This document shows, piece by piece, positions 55,627 through 64,000 of a stretch of DNA of 64,000 nt (within the stretch, counting starts at the first letter, position 1; each line of letters opens with the position of its first letter). This DNA is from an uncultured Candidatus Rokubacteria bacterium (lineage in GTDB: Bacteria; Methylomirabilota; Methylomirabilia; Rokubacteriales; CSP1-6). The DNA lies in NCBI GenBank assembly GCA_963789955.1, contig CAWBMV010000006.1, forward strand, positions 288,001-352,000, in the 5' to 3' direction. The notes under the pieces were generated by a model. That model saw only the letters and a list, made by a program, of their open reading frames with translations, was not told where the DNA came from and made no database searches. Both the position numbers and the translations under genes were made by a program.

Positions 55627-56924
55627 TGATGCCTCAGCCGTAGGTGTTACCGGGGACCGACGGCAATGCCTCACAATGGAGTTACCGAAGATTCGGCGAC
55701 CCGGCGGCGCGAGTCGCCACATTTCCAGAGCCGATCGAGAGTATCGCCGATGTGGGTGGCGAGCGTCGCAGGGTCCACGGCCAGAAACTGAGCCTCGAGG
55801 GCACGACGGCCGTCCGCCGCGAGGGCGCCGGCGGCGAGCAAGCGCTGATACGGCGTCTGGGCGCGGTCATAGGCGCGCACGCGTTTACTGCCGACGCGGC
55901 GGGTGTGCAGCACTTTGCGAAAGGGCCGGAAGAAGTTCAGTTGCACGCGCAGCAAGTCGTACAGGCGTCGGAGCAGGCCGAAGGCGATGTGCGAGCTGTA
56001 GCGATCCCGACCCACGAGCCGACGCACCGCCAGCCAGTTGCGCAGTTCCACCCACGCCTGATCGTTCTTGCGATATTGCCGGCCGCGGGTGACACGGATG
56101 TTATGCCGACGGCAATAGCGCAGTAGTCCCCGGTTGAGGAATTCGCTGCCGTTGTCGGTGTGCCATTCGCGCAGGGGGACGGGCAGGCGCTGGTGCACAT
56201 GCTGCACGCCGGCGCCCACGCGGACGGCGCCCACGCCCCAGATCGGCTCGAGCTCGATCCAGCCGCTGGCGACGTCGACCGCCACCAGGCTCGCGAGGTG
56301 AAAGCCCTCGGTCGACTCCCCACAATGCAGGACCAGATCGGCCTGGACCGCGCCGGGCTGGCTGCCGGCCCATTCGCTCCACGTCCGCACCGGGATCTGC
56401 TGCTTCAACGCGCTCGCCGCCAGGGAGACGCGATACGGCTGCCGGCCCAGACGCGTGCGGCACGGCCGGAGGAAGCGATCGAGGGTGGCCGGACTGAGCG
56501 CGAGCAGCTGGCGGCGGTGGTCGGGGGCGATCCGCAGTCCGTGGCGTTCGAGCGCGGGGACGAGGGTCGGCAGCGCCGCCGCGAGCAGCTTGCCACACAG
56601 CCGATCGCTGATGTGCCAGAGGCGCTCGAGCGTGGGCACGAGGCTGCGATCGTACTGCACCCGGCGACCGGCGCGCCGCCGTGGCCGCGGCGTCCGAGCC
56701 AAGGCGCGGATCGCCGCCTTGCGATGACAGCGCAGCGTGCGGCAATACTCATCCAGGATCCGGCTCTTCATTTCGCGCTCCGCGGCCACGTATCGCCGCC
56801 GAACGGCTTCCGTGTACTCCGCACGCGCTGGCTTGGTCACCGGGCCTCCCTTCGGGTGTCCTGCTCGGTAACACCCTTTGTGAGGCATCGACCTCTTCGC
56901 CGGTAACAGTTCTAATGAGGCACA
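55627..56924 (-). mobile_element. Insertion sequence (rve/DDE transposase, ISNCY/IS481-like) with paired terminal motifs
   Basis: Ends TGATGCCTCA (left) and TGTGCCTCA (right, reverse complement); two GGTAAC-N7-9-TGAGGCA motifs at each end, inverted relative to each other. Confidence 0.75.
55671..56840 (-). CDS. DDE integrase-core (rve) transposase
   Basis: KSRILDEYC..HRKAAIR N-terminus; QADLVLHCG (D), HTDNGSEF (D), KNDQAWVE (E); QTPYQRLL; GGGAGG RBS with GTG start. Confidence 0.9.
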   Translation of the reverse strand: MTKPARAEYTEAVRRRYVAAEREMKSRILDEYCRTLRCHRKAAIRALARTPRPRRRAGRRVQYDRSLVPTLERLWHISDRLCGKLLAAALPTLVPALERHGLRIAPDHRRQLLALSPATLDRFLRPCRTRLGRQPYRVSLAASALKQQIPVRTWSEWAGSQPGAVQADLVLHCGESTEGFHLASLVAVDVASGWIELEPIWGVGAVRVGAGVQHVHQRLPVPLREWHTDNGSEFLNRGLLRYCRRHNIRVTRGRQYRKNDQAWVELRNWLAVRRLVGRDRYSSHIAFGLLRRLYDLLRVQLNFFRPFRKVLHTRRVGSKRVRAYDRAQTPYQRLLAAGALAADGRRALEAQFLAVDPATLATHIGDTLDRLWKCGDSRRRVAESSVTPL

Positions 56925-57056
56925 TCGCGACCTTGCGGCGCGCCGTTCGGGCGGAGTACGCTGGCGGGGCTCGCGGCCCCGGCCGCGCGTCGCCCCGAAA
57001 AACGTCAAGACGCCGGTGCCCTCCGAGGCGGACGGCGAGACAGGCGGAGTACGACG

Positions 57057-58841
57057 ATGAAGCCGACCATCCTGCCCGAGACCCCGCAGCCGTCACAAGC
57101 GCACGAGGAGCTCTGGTCGAGCGACGCGATCGCGCGCATGCTCCAGGCGCTCGACGTGCCGTGGGTCTCACTGGTGCCCGGGGCGAGCTTTCGCGGGCTC
57201 CACGACAGCCTGGTGAACCACACCGGCAACCAGCGTCCCCAGATGATCCTGTGCCTGCACGAGGGCGCCGCGGTCTCGGTGGCGCACGGCTACGCGAAGG
57301 CGAGTGGTCGGATGATGGCCACGATTCTCCACTCGAACGTCGGCTTGCTGAACGGCAGCATGGGCATCTTCAACGCGTGGTGCGACCGCGTGCCGATGCT
57401 GATCCTGGGCGCGACGGGACCGTGGGACGCGGCGAAGCGGCGCCCGTGGATCGACTGGATCCACACCGCGTCCGACCAGGGGGCGCTCGTGCGCGGCTAC
57501 ACCAAGTGGGACAACCAGCCGGCGTCCGTTCCGGCGGCGTACGACGCGCTCCTGCGCGCCGCCCAGATGGCGACCACGGCCCCGCACGGCCCGACGTACG
57601 TCAACCTCGACGCGGCGCTCCAGGAGTCGAAGCTCGGCGCGCTCCCGCCGCTTCCAGACCCGTCGCGATTCGCCGCGCCGGATTCGCCGCGCCCCGCGCC
57701 CGAGCTGATCGCCCGGGCGGCGGCACTGTTGTCGGGCGCGACCGCTCCGGTGATCCTGGCCGGCCGCGGCCGGCGCACGCTCGATGCCTGGCGCGCGCGA
57801 ATCGCGCTCGCCGAGAAACTCGGCGCGAGCGTGATGACCGACCTCAAGACGGGCGCGAGCTTTCCGACGCGTCATCCGCTGCACCTCGGCCCGCCCGGCA
57901 CGTATCTCTCGGAGCCCGCGGCGGCGGCCGTGCGCGAGGCCGACGTGATTTTGGCGCTCGACTGGATCGATCTGGCGGGCACGCTCAAGCAGGTCTACGG
58001 CGAGCGCCCGATCTCTGCCAAGATCGTCTCGGCGTCGTGCGACGTCCACGTGCACCGGGGCTTCAGCATGGACTACTTCGGGCTCCCGCCGGTCGACGTG
58101 AATCTGCTGAGCGAGCCCGACATCGCCGTGCGGCTCCTCCTCGAGGCGGGCACGCCGCGCGCTCATGCCGCGGGTTCCGCGAGCGTGCCGGAAGCGAGCC
58201 GGCGCGTCCACGACGTCTTGAGCCTGCGCGCCGTGGCCGCGGCGCTCAACGACGCGACCGAGGGCGTGGAAGTCTGCCTGACACGGCTGCCGCTCGGCTG
58301 GCCGGGAGAGGCGAGACACTTCGCGCATCCGCTCGACTATCTCGGAGGCGACGGCGGCGCTGGAGTCGGCGCCGGACCAGGGATCACGGTCGGCGCCGGT
58401 CTGGCTCTGAAGGGCTCGGGACGGATTCCGATCGGTCTGATCGGCGACGGTGACTATCTGATGGGGGTCACCGCCCTGTGGACCGCGGCGCACTACCGGA
58501 TCCCGTGCCTGTTCATCGTCTGCAACAACCGCTCGTTCTACAACGACGAGGCGCACCAGGAGCGCGTCGCGCGGATGCGCGGCCGGCCCGTCGAGAACAA
58601 GTGGATCGGTCAGCGCATCAACGAGCCCGACATCGATCTCGCCGCGATGGCGGTGGCTCAGGGCGCCAAGGGCATCGGTCCCGTCACCGAGCCCGAGCAG
58701 CTACGGAGCGCGATCGCGCAGGGGCTACGCGCGGTGCGCGACGGTGAGGTGTGCGTGATCGACGCGCGCGTGCGACCCGGATACGACGCCGACATCAGCG
58801 GGGAGCGCGCGACGCGACAGGAGCCGGTCGGAAGAGCGTAA
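57057..58841 (+). CDS. ThDP-dependent enzyme (benzoylformate decarboxylase-like)
   Basis: PGASFRGLHDS, CLHE and GDGDYLM...NNRSFYND motifs. Confidence 0.9.
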   Translation: MKPTILPETPQPSQAHEELWSSDAIARMLQALDVPWVSLVPGASFRGLHDSLVNHTGNQRPQMILCLHEGAAVSVAHGYAKASGRMMATILHSNVGLLNGSMGIFNAWCDRVPMLILGATGPWDAAKRRPWIDWIHTASDQGALVRGYTKWDNQPASVPAAYDALLRAAQMATTAPHGPTYVNLDAALQESKLGALPPLPDPSRFAAPDSPRPAPELIARAAALLSGATAPVILAGRGRRTLDAWRARIALAEKLGASVMTDLKTGASFPTRHPLHLGPPGTYLSEPAAAAVREADVILALDWIDLAGTLKQVYGERPISAKIVSASCDVHVHRGFSMDYFGLPPVDVNLLSEPDIAVRLLLEAGTPRAHAAGSASVPEASRRVHDVLSLRAVAAALNDATEGVEVCLTRLPLGWPGEARHFAHPLDYLGGDGGAGVGAGPGITVGAGLALKGSGRIPIGLIGDGDYLMGVTALWTAAHYRIPCLFIVCNNRSFYNDEAHQERVARMRGRPVENKWIGQRINEPDIDLAAMAVAQGAKGIGPVTEPEQLRSAIAQGLRAVRDGEVCVIDARVRPGYDADISGERATRQEPVGRA

Positions 58842-58925
58842 CGCCGCGGCGCGGGCCGCCGGCGCTTACCGGCGGCTCCGCGTGCGATCCTCAGGGCGCC
58901 TGAATCTCGCGGACGCCGGCACCAT

Positions 58926-58941
58926 GGAGAGCATGCTCTCC
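58926..58941. promoter_or_regulatory. Perfect 16-bp palindrome GGAGAGCATGCTCTCC upstream of the cyclase gene
   Basis: Seen directly; flanked by additional CCGGCA/TGCCGG arms. Confidence 0.4.
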
Positions 58942-59089
58942 CGATTGCCGGTCTGAACGTAGCGCGCGTCGACTGCATCGCCCGGCCGGACGTCGTACAT
59001 CGCGATCTCCGCGGTCGGAGCGACGAAGACGCGGTCGCGGTCGCTCGATCGGGCTGCGGCTGGCGAGACCTGAACGGGAGGGAGCGATC

Positions 59090-60047
59090 ATGGCGCGATT
59101 GACTCGCGAAGACGTGCTGAAGAAAGCCGAAGCGCTCAAGAACTGGGGCAAGTGGGGACCCGACGACGAGATCGGCGTCCTCAACTACATCACGCCCGAG
59201 GACATCGTCAACGCGGCCCGGCTGGTGAAGAAGGGCAAGGTCTTTCGTCTCGGCCTCGAGCTCGACGAGAACGGGCCTCAGCGCGGCATCTTCGGCGGAC
59301 GCTGGAACCCGATGCATCAGATGCTCGCGACGGGCACCGACGCCGTCGCCGGCAAGCACGACGTGACGCCGGGCCTTCGCTACGCGGACGACGCGATCAA
59401 CCTGCCGACCCAGGCCGCCACGCAGTGGGACGCGCTGTCGCACGTGTTCCTCGTCGACAAGATGTGGAATGGCTATCCGGCGACCTGGTCGACAGTCGCG
59501 GCGCCCATCGGAACGGCATCGAGAAGTTCGCGAACAAGATGGTCGGCCGGGGTGTGCTGCTCGACGTGGCGCGCTGGAAAGGGCGTGGCCTGCCTCGCGG
59601 ACGGCTATGGGATCACGGTCGCCGACCTCGACGCGACCGCGCATGCTCAGGGCGTCACCGTGCGCCGCGCCGACTTCGTGATCATCCGCACGGGACAGAT
59701 GGAAGATCGGCTCGCGCGCGGCGAGTGGGGCGGCTACGCCGGCGGCGACGCTCCCGGGCTGGCGTTCGAGACGCTCGACTGGATCCACGGCAAGCAGATC
59801 GCCGGCATCTGCAGCGACACCTGGGGAATCGAGGTCCGGCCCAACGACACCGGCCCCGACGTCTTCCAGCCCTGGCACTGGGTCACGATCCCCGCGATCG
59901 GGATCGTGCACGGCGAGATCTTCTATCTGAAGGAGCTCGCCGAGGACTGTGCCGCCGACCGCGTCTACGAGTTCTTCTTCTGCGCGCCGCCGCTCGTCAT
60001 CTCCCAAGGGCACCGGATCGCCGATCAACCCTCAGGCGATCAAGTAG
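59090..60047 (+). CDS. Cyclase (kynurenine formamidase-like) family protein, several frameshifts
   Basis: NWGKWGPDDEIG, TQWDALSH, GRGVLLD, IRTG and SPINPQAIK motifs. Confidence 0.88.
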
Positions 60048-60060
60048 CGCGGCGCGGCCT

Positions 60061-60810
60061 TCAGCCGCGCCCGAGATGACCGACGATCGTCTTCTGGTAG
60101 TCGAGGAACGCGACGCTCAGCGGATCGCGAGGGCGGGGGAGCGTGATGCGCGTCTGGGCGCGGACCGTGCCCGGGTGCGGCGAGAGGACGATCACGCGAT
60201 CGGCCAGGTAGACGGCCTCCGCCACGTTGTGGGTGACGTAGAGAACCGTCTTGCGCGTTTCCTCCCAGACGCCGACGAGAAAGCGCTGCATCTCGTCCCG
60301 GGTCAGCGCGTCGAGCGCCGCGAACGGCTCGTCCATCAGCAGGACCGACGGGTTGTAGGCGAGCGCGCGGGCGATGGCCACGCGCTGCTGCATCCCGCCG
60401 GAGAGCTCGTGCGGGTAGGCGGCGGCGAAGCGCTCGAGGTCGACCAGCTTGAGGAAGCGCCGCGCCGTCTCGGCGCGCTCCGCCGCGGCGACGCCGCGCA
60501 TCTGAAGCCCGAACTCCACGTTGCGCTGCGCCGTCCGCCACGGAAAGAGCTGGGCGAAGTCCTGGAAGACCACGCCGCGGTCGCCACCGCGACCGGTCAC
60601 GACCTCGCCGCCGATGCGGATCTCGCCCGCGGTCGGCCGGAGAAATCCCGCGACGATGTTGAGCAGGGTGGTCTTCCCGCAGCCGCTCCGGCCGACGATG
60701 CAGAGAAACTCCGAGGCGGCGACGTCGAAGCTGACCTCGCTCAGCGCCGTGACGGGGCCGTCGGTGCCGGCGTAGGCATACCCGACCTTGGAGAGCTCGA
60801 TGTGCGGCAT
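60061..60810 (-). CDS. NitT/TauT ABC transporter ATP-binding protein
   Basis: GRSGCGKT, LSGGMQQR and LLMDEPF motifs. Confidence 0.93.
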   Translation of the reverse strand: MPHIELSKVGYAYAGTDGPVTALSEVSFDVAASEFLCIVGRSGCGKTTLLNIVAGFLRPTAGEIRIGGEVVTGRGGDRGVVFQDFAQLFPWRTAQRNVEFGLQMRGVAAAERAETARRFLKLVDLERFAAAYPHELSGGMQQRVAIARALAYNPSVLLMDEPFAALDALTRDEMQRFLVGVWEETRKTVLYVTHNVAEAVYLADRVIVLSPHPGTVRAQTRITLPRPRDPLSVAFLDYQKTIVGHLGRG

Positions 60811-60817
60811 CCGCGGC

Positions 60818-61586
60818 TCAGGTCCGCACGGTCTTCACCATGCCCCAGCGGCCCACGGTCCGGTGCTCGAGCATCTGGAAGACCAGCCGCTCGATGCCGA
60901 GACCGAGCACGCCGATGACGAGCAGGCTGCCGAGCATGACGTCCGTGTCGAGGTATTCCTTGGAGTCGAAGATCACCCAGCCGAGGCCCCAGCTGGTCGC
61001 GGCGATCATCTCGCCGCCGACGACCGCGATCCACGCTCGCGCGAACGCCTGGCGCAGCCCGGCGATCACGAACGCCAGCGATCCCGGGAGCACGACGCTG
61101 GCGGAACACGGCGCGCTCACCGGCTCCCATCGTTTCGGCCGCGCGGATCCAGATCCGGTTCACCGACTTCACGCCGGTCCACGTGTTGAGGATCACCGGG
61201 AACGTGGCGGCGTAGAGCACGAGCGCGATGCTCGCTGCGTTGCCGAGGCCGAACCAGAGAATGAAGAGCGGCACCCACGCGAGCGACGGGATCGGGCTCA
61301 GCACGGTCACCAGCGGCAGCACGAACGATTCGACCCGGCGGAAGCGCCCCATGAGCATGCCGATCGGCACGCCGATGACCAGCGCCAGCGCGAGACCCAC
61401 GACGATCCGGAACATCGTGTACGCGATGTGCACGAAGAGGGTCCCGTTCAGCGCCATGCGCCCGATCGCGGCGCCGATCGCCAGCACGGACGGCGTGATG
61501 GCCGGAGGGAGCATGCCGCTGCGCGCGAACACCTCCCACGCCGCGGCCGCGAGGCCGAACGAGAGCACGATGCCGAGCGGGCTCAT
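60818..61586 (-). CDS. NitT/TauT ABC permease, frameshift near 61100
   Basis: PIPSLAWVPLFILWFG and RAAETMGA motifs. Confidence 0.9.
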
Positions 61587-62383
61587 CGCGTGAGCATGCC
61601 CCAGCGGACCACGGTGTAGCGCTCGAGCCGCTCGAACACGAGCTTCTCCAGCACCAGGCCGACGATGCCGATCATCGCCAGGCCCGCGAGCATCACGTCG
61701 GTGTTCAAGAATTCGCGCGCGCCGAAGATCAACCAGCCGAGACCGAAGCCGACGGCCGTGAGCATCTCCACCGCGACCAGCACGCGCCAGGCGCGCGCCA
61801 GGCCGAGGCGCAGGCCCGTGAGCACGTAGGGGAGCGCGCCGGGCAGCACGACCGACCGGAAGAGCTGGTGCTCCTGCGCGCCCATCGACTGCGCCGCCCG
61901 GACCCAGATCTCCTTGACCGCACGCACGCCGGACCAGGTGTTCACCGCGATCGGGAAGGCGGCCGCGAACGCGACCAGCAGGATCGCCGGCAGGTTGCCG
62001 AGCCCGAACCAGATCACGAACAGCGGCGCGTAGGCGAGGCCCGGAATCGGGTTGCCGACGCTCACGATGGGCAGCAGCAGACGCTCGGCCCAGCGCGAAC
62101 GGCCCATCAGCATGCCCACCGTCACGCCCACGATCGCGCCGAGCACGAAGGCGACCGCCAGACGCCCGAGCGTCGCGAGCGCGTGAGCGGGCAGGATGCC
62201 GCTGACGATCAGGCGCACGAAGGTCGCGACGACCTTGTCGACGCCTGGGAAGAGCCGGGGCGGGAACGGACCGAACATCGCGAAGGCCTGCCAGAGGATC
62301 GCGACCGTGAGGAACGGCGCGGCGGCCCCCGCGGCGGACGCGAGCGCATGGCGCAGGGTGGTCGAGACCCCCCGACTGTACAA
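61583..62383 (-). CDS. NitT/TauT ABC permease
   Basis: PIPGLAYAPLFVIWFG and RAAQSMGA motifs; start uncertain. Confidence 0.9.
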   Translation of the reverse strand: MYSRGVSTTLRHALASAAGAAAPFLTVAILWQAFAMFGPFPPRLFPGVDKVVATFVRLIVSGILPAHALATLGRLAVAFVLGAIVGVTVGMLMGRSRWAERLLLPIVSVGNPIPGLAYAPLFVIWFGLGNLPAILLVAFAAAFPIAVNTWSGVRAVKEIWVRAAQSMGAQEHQLFRSVVLPGALPYVLTGLRLGLARAWRVLVAVEMLTAVGFGLGWLIFGAREFLNTDVMLAGLAMIGIVGLVLEKLVFERLERYTVVRWGMLTR

Positions 62384-62387
62384 GGCG

Positions 62388-63386
62388 TTAGCGGGCGGCC
62401 TTCGCCTTCGCCAGCAGATCCCGGTTGAGCGAGCGGCTCAGGTCGGGAACCGCCTTGATCCGGCCCTCGATCGTGCCGGCCACCAGATCCTTCGCCTGAT
62501 CCTTCAGGTAGGTCTCGATCGCCGGCGTGATATCCGGCTCCCACCGCATCCGGCGAAGCGCCTTGTCGATGACCGCGACGGGCACCTCGCGGCCGAGCGA
62601 CTTTTGTTCGTCCGTGTACACGGCGGCCGCCTTCTCGGGCTCGTCCTTGAGGAGCTTCACGGCGCGCAGCCAGCCGCGCAGGTAGGCGACGACGGCGTCG
62701 GGCTGCTCCTTGAGGATCTTGTTCGTCACCGTGAGCATGAACGGCATCTGATCGTACTTGCAGAAGTTGTCGATGGCCCGCACGAGCCCCTCGTGCTCGG
62801 CGATCGCCACGAAGGGATCGGCGACCGTCGCCGCGTCGATCGCCTTGGCCAGAAGGCTCGGGATGCGATCCTTCGCGTCCGGGATGTTCGGCGTCTCGAG
62901 GTCGCCGGGCTTGAGCCCGTAGCTCGGCATGACCTTCGACAGGAAAATGAACTCGGTGACCGTGCCCTTCGGGATCCCGACCTTCTTGCCCTTGAGCTGG
63001 CCGACGTTGTTGATGTCGGACTCTTTCCGCACGACGATGTGGTTGGTGCCGCAGAAGATCGAGTTCACCGCGACCGCGGTGTAGGGCACGCCCTTGTCGA
63101 GCCCGATCATGAACGGGGTCGTCGCCGTCGAGTTCACGTCGATGGCCCCGGCGATCATCGCGTCGCGCCCTTCCTTGCCGAGCGCGAACCGGCGCCAGTC
63201 GACCTCGAGCCCCTCCTGCTTGAAGTAGCCTTGCCGGATCGCGATCACGTCGGGCACGCCCATCAGCTGGGTGTGAACGCCCAGCCGGATCTTGAGCGGG
63301 CGCGGCTGGGCCGCGGCGATCGCGCCCGCGACCAGAACGAGTCCGAGCACGGCCGAAAGCGCCGCACAGCGTTTGCGCGTCATCAC
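62388..63386 (-). CDS. NitT/TauT (SsuA-like) ABC substrate-binding protein
   Basis: Signal peptide; GYFKQEGLEV and LKGKKVG motifs. Confidence 0.92.
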   Translation of the reverse strand: MMTRKRCAALSAVLGLVLVAGAIAAAQPRPLKIRLGVHTQLMGVPDVIAIRQGYFKQEGLEVDWRRFALGKEGRDAMIAGAIDVNSTATTPFMIGLDKGVPYTAVAVNSIFCGTNHIVVRKESDINNVGQLKGKKVGIPKGTVTEFIFLSKVMPSYGLKPGDLETPNIPDAKDRIPSLLAKAIDAATVADPFVAIAEHEGLVRAIDNFCKYDQMPFMLTVTNKILKEQPDAVVAYLRGWLRAVKLLKDEPEKAAAVYTDEQKSLGREVPVAVIDKALRRMRWEPDITPAIETYLKDQAKDLVAGTIEGRIKAVPDLSRSLNRDLLAKAKAAR

Positions 63387-63424
63387 GCTACCTCCGGGGG
63401 AAGAATCGAGCGGTAGTCGGGCGG

Positions 63425-63477
63425 ACTCTAGAAGCGCCCCGGAATCTTGTCAAGCCGCCGGCGGGAGGTGCTACGAT
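63425..63477. promoter_or_regulatory. Back-to-back divergent promoters
   Basis: Minus strand TTGACA(63453-63448)-N17-TAGAGT; plus strand extended -10 TGcTACGAT (63469-63477). Confidence 0.55.
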
Positions 63478-63498
63478 CCCGGGCCGGGGAGAACTGCC

Positions 63499-64000
63499 AT
63501 GACACCGAACGGTGCCCTCTCGAAGAACATGCGGCTCCTGGGCCACAACGACCTCGGCGGGTTCGGCAACTGCGGCGAGGGCATGGCCGTCCAGCTCGCG
63601 CGCGACGGGCGGCGCGTGCTGTGGCTCGGCCACGAGTCGGCGCCGAAGAACTTCACCGCGGTGGACGTGACGGATCCGCGCAAGCCCTCGGTCATCGTCC
63701 AGACCGATCTGCCCCACGGCGACATGCGCTCGAACAACCTCGACCTGGTGGGCGATCTGCTGGTGGTGCCCTACCAGACGAGTCGCGCCGGCGCCCAGCC
63801 GGCCGGCGTCGAGTTCTTCGACGTGGCCGACCCGAGCAAGCCGCGCTCGATCGCGTTCTTCGACGCGTCCGGGCCGCACTCGCGCGGCGTGCACCATCTG
63901 TGGTTCGTCGACGGCGCCTATCTGCACCTCGCGAGCGGCGCGCCGGACTTCAAGCCCAGAAATCCGAAGGACGATCAGTTCTATCGGATCATCGACGTGC
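63499..64000 (+). CDS. LVIVD-repeat beta-propeller protein, 3'-partial
   Basis: MRLLGHNDLGGFGNCGEGM, AVDVTDPRKP, FFDVADPSKP and RGVHHLWFVDG; runs off the window end. Confidence 0.8.
   Translation, partial: MTPNGALSKNMRLLGHNDLGGFGNCGEGMAVQLARDGRRVLWLGHESAPKNFTAVDVTDPRKPSVIVQTDLPHGDMRSNNLDLVGDLLVVPYQTSRAGAQPAGVEFFDVADPSKPRSIAFFDASGPHSRGVHHLWFVDGAYLHLASGAPDFKPRNPKDDQFYRIIDV

Noticed and set aside
55600..56950. Target-site duplication around the IS
   Set aside because: The flanks (..CGACGACCCG and TCGCGACCTT..) show no direct repeat abutting the inferred ends

Overview
A very GC-rich bacterial chromosomal window. The gene content resembles Candidatus Rokubacteria/Methylomirabilota, which is an impression, not a tested assignment. 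It is mostly transport and catabolic genes: four family-5 ABC solute-binding proteins with permeases and ATPases, NitT/TauT ABC components, three single-domain MetE-like Zn enzymes, two ThDP enzymes, and assorted oxidoreductases and hydrolases. About twenty genes carry small frameshifts, most likely uncorrected long-read errors. The main highlights are: (1) a ~2,900-aa secreted protein with two copies of an unrecognised ~205-aa domain, 20 tandem Cys-paired ~95-aa beta-rich repeats, an Ig-like domain and a C-terminal galactose-oxidase-type copper-radical oxidase that retains all its ligands; (2) a 50-56 bp hairpin element present three times, always sense-oriented upstream of a gene; (3) a DtxR/SirR-like TTAGG-N4-CCTAA box upstream of bfd-bfr, with a degenerate copy on the cupredoxin-FTR1 promoter; (4) a ~1.3 kb rve/DDE insertion sequence with paired GGTAAC-N7-9-TGAGGCA motifs at both ends; and (5) several gene remnants. 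I saw no CRISPR array, tRNA or rRNA.
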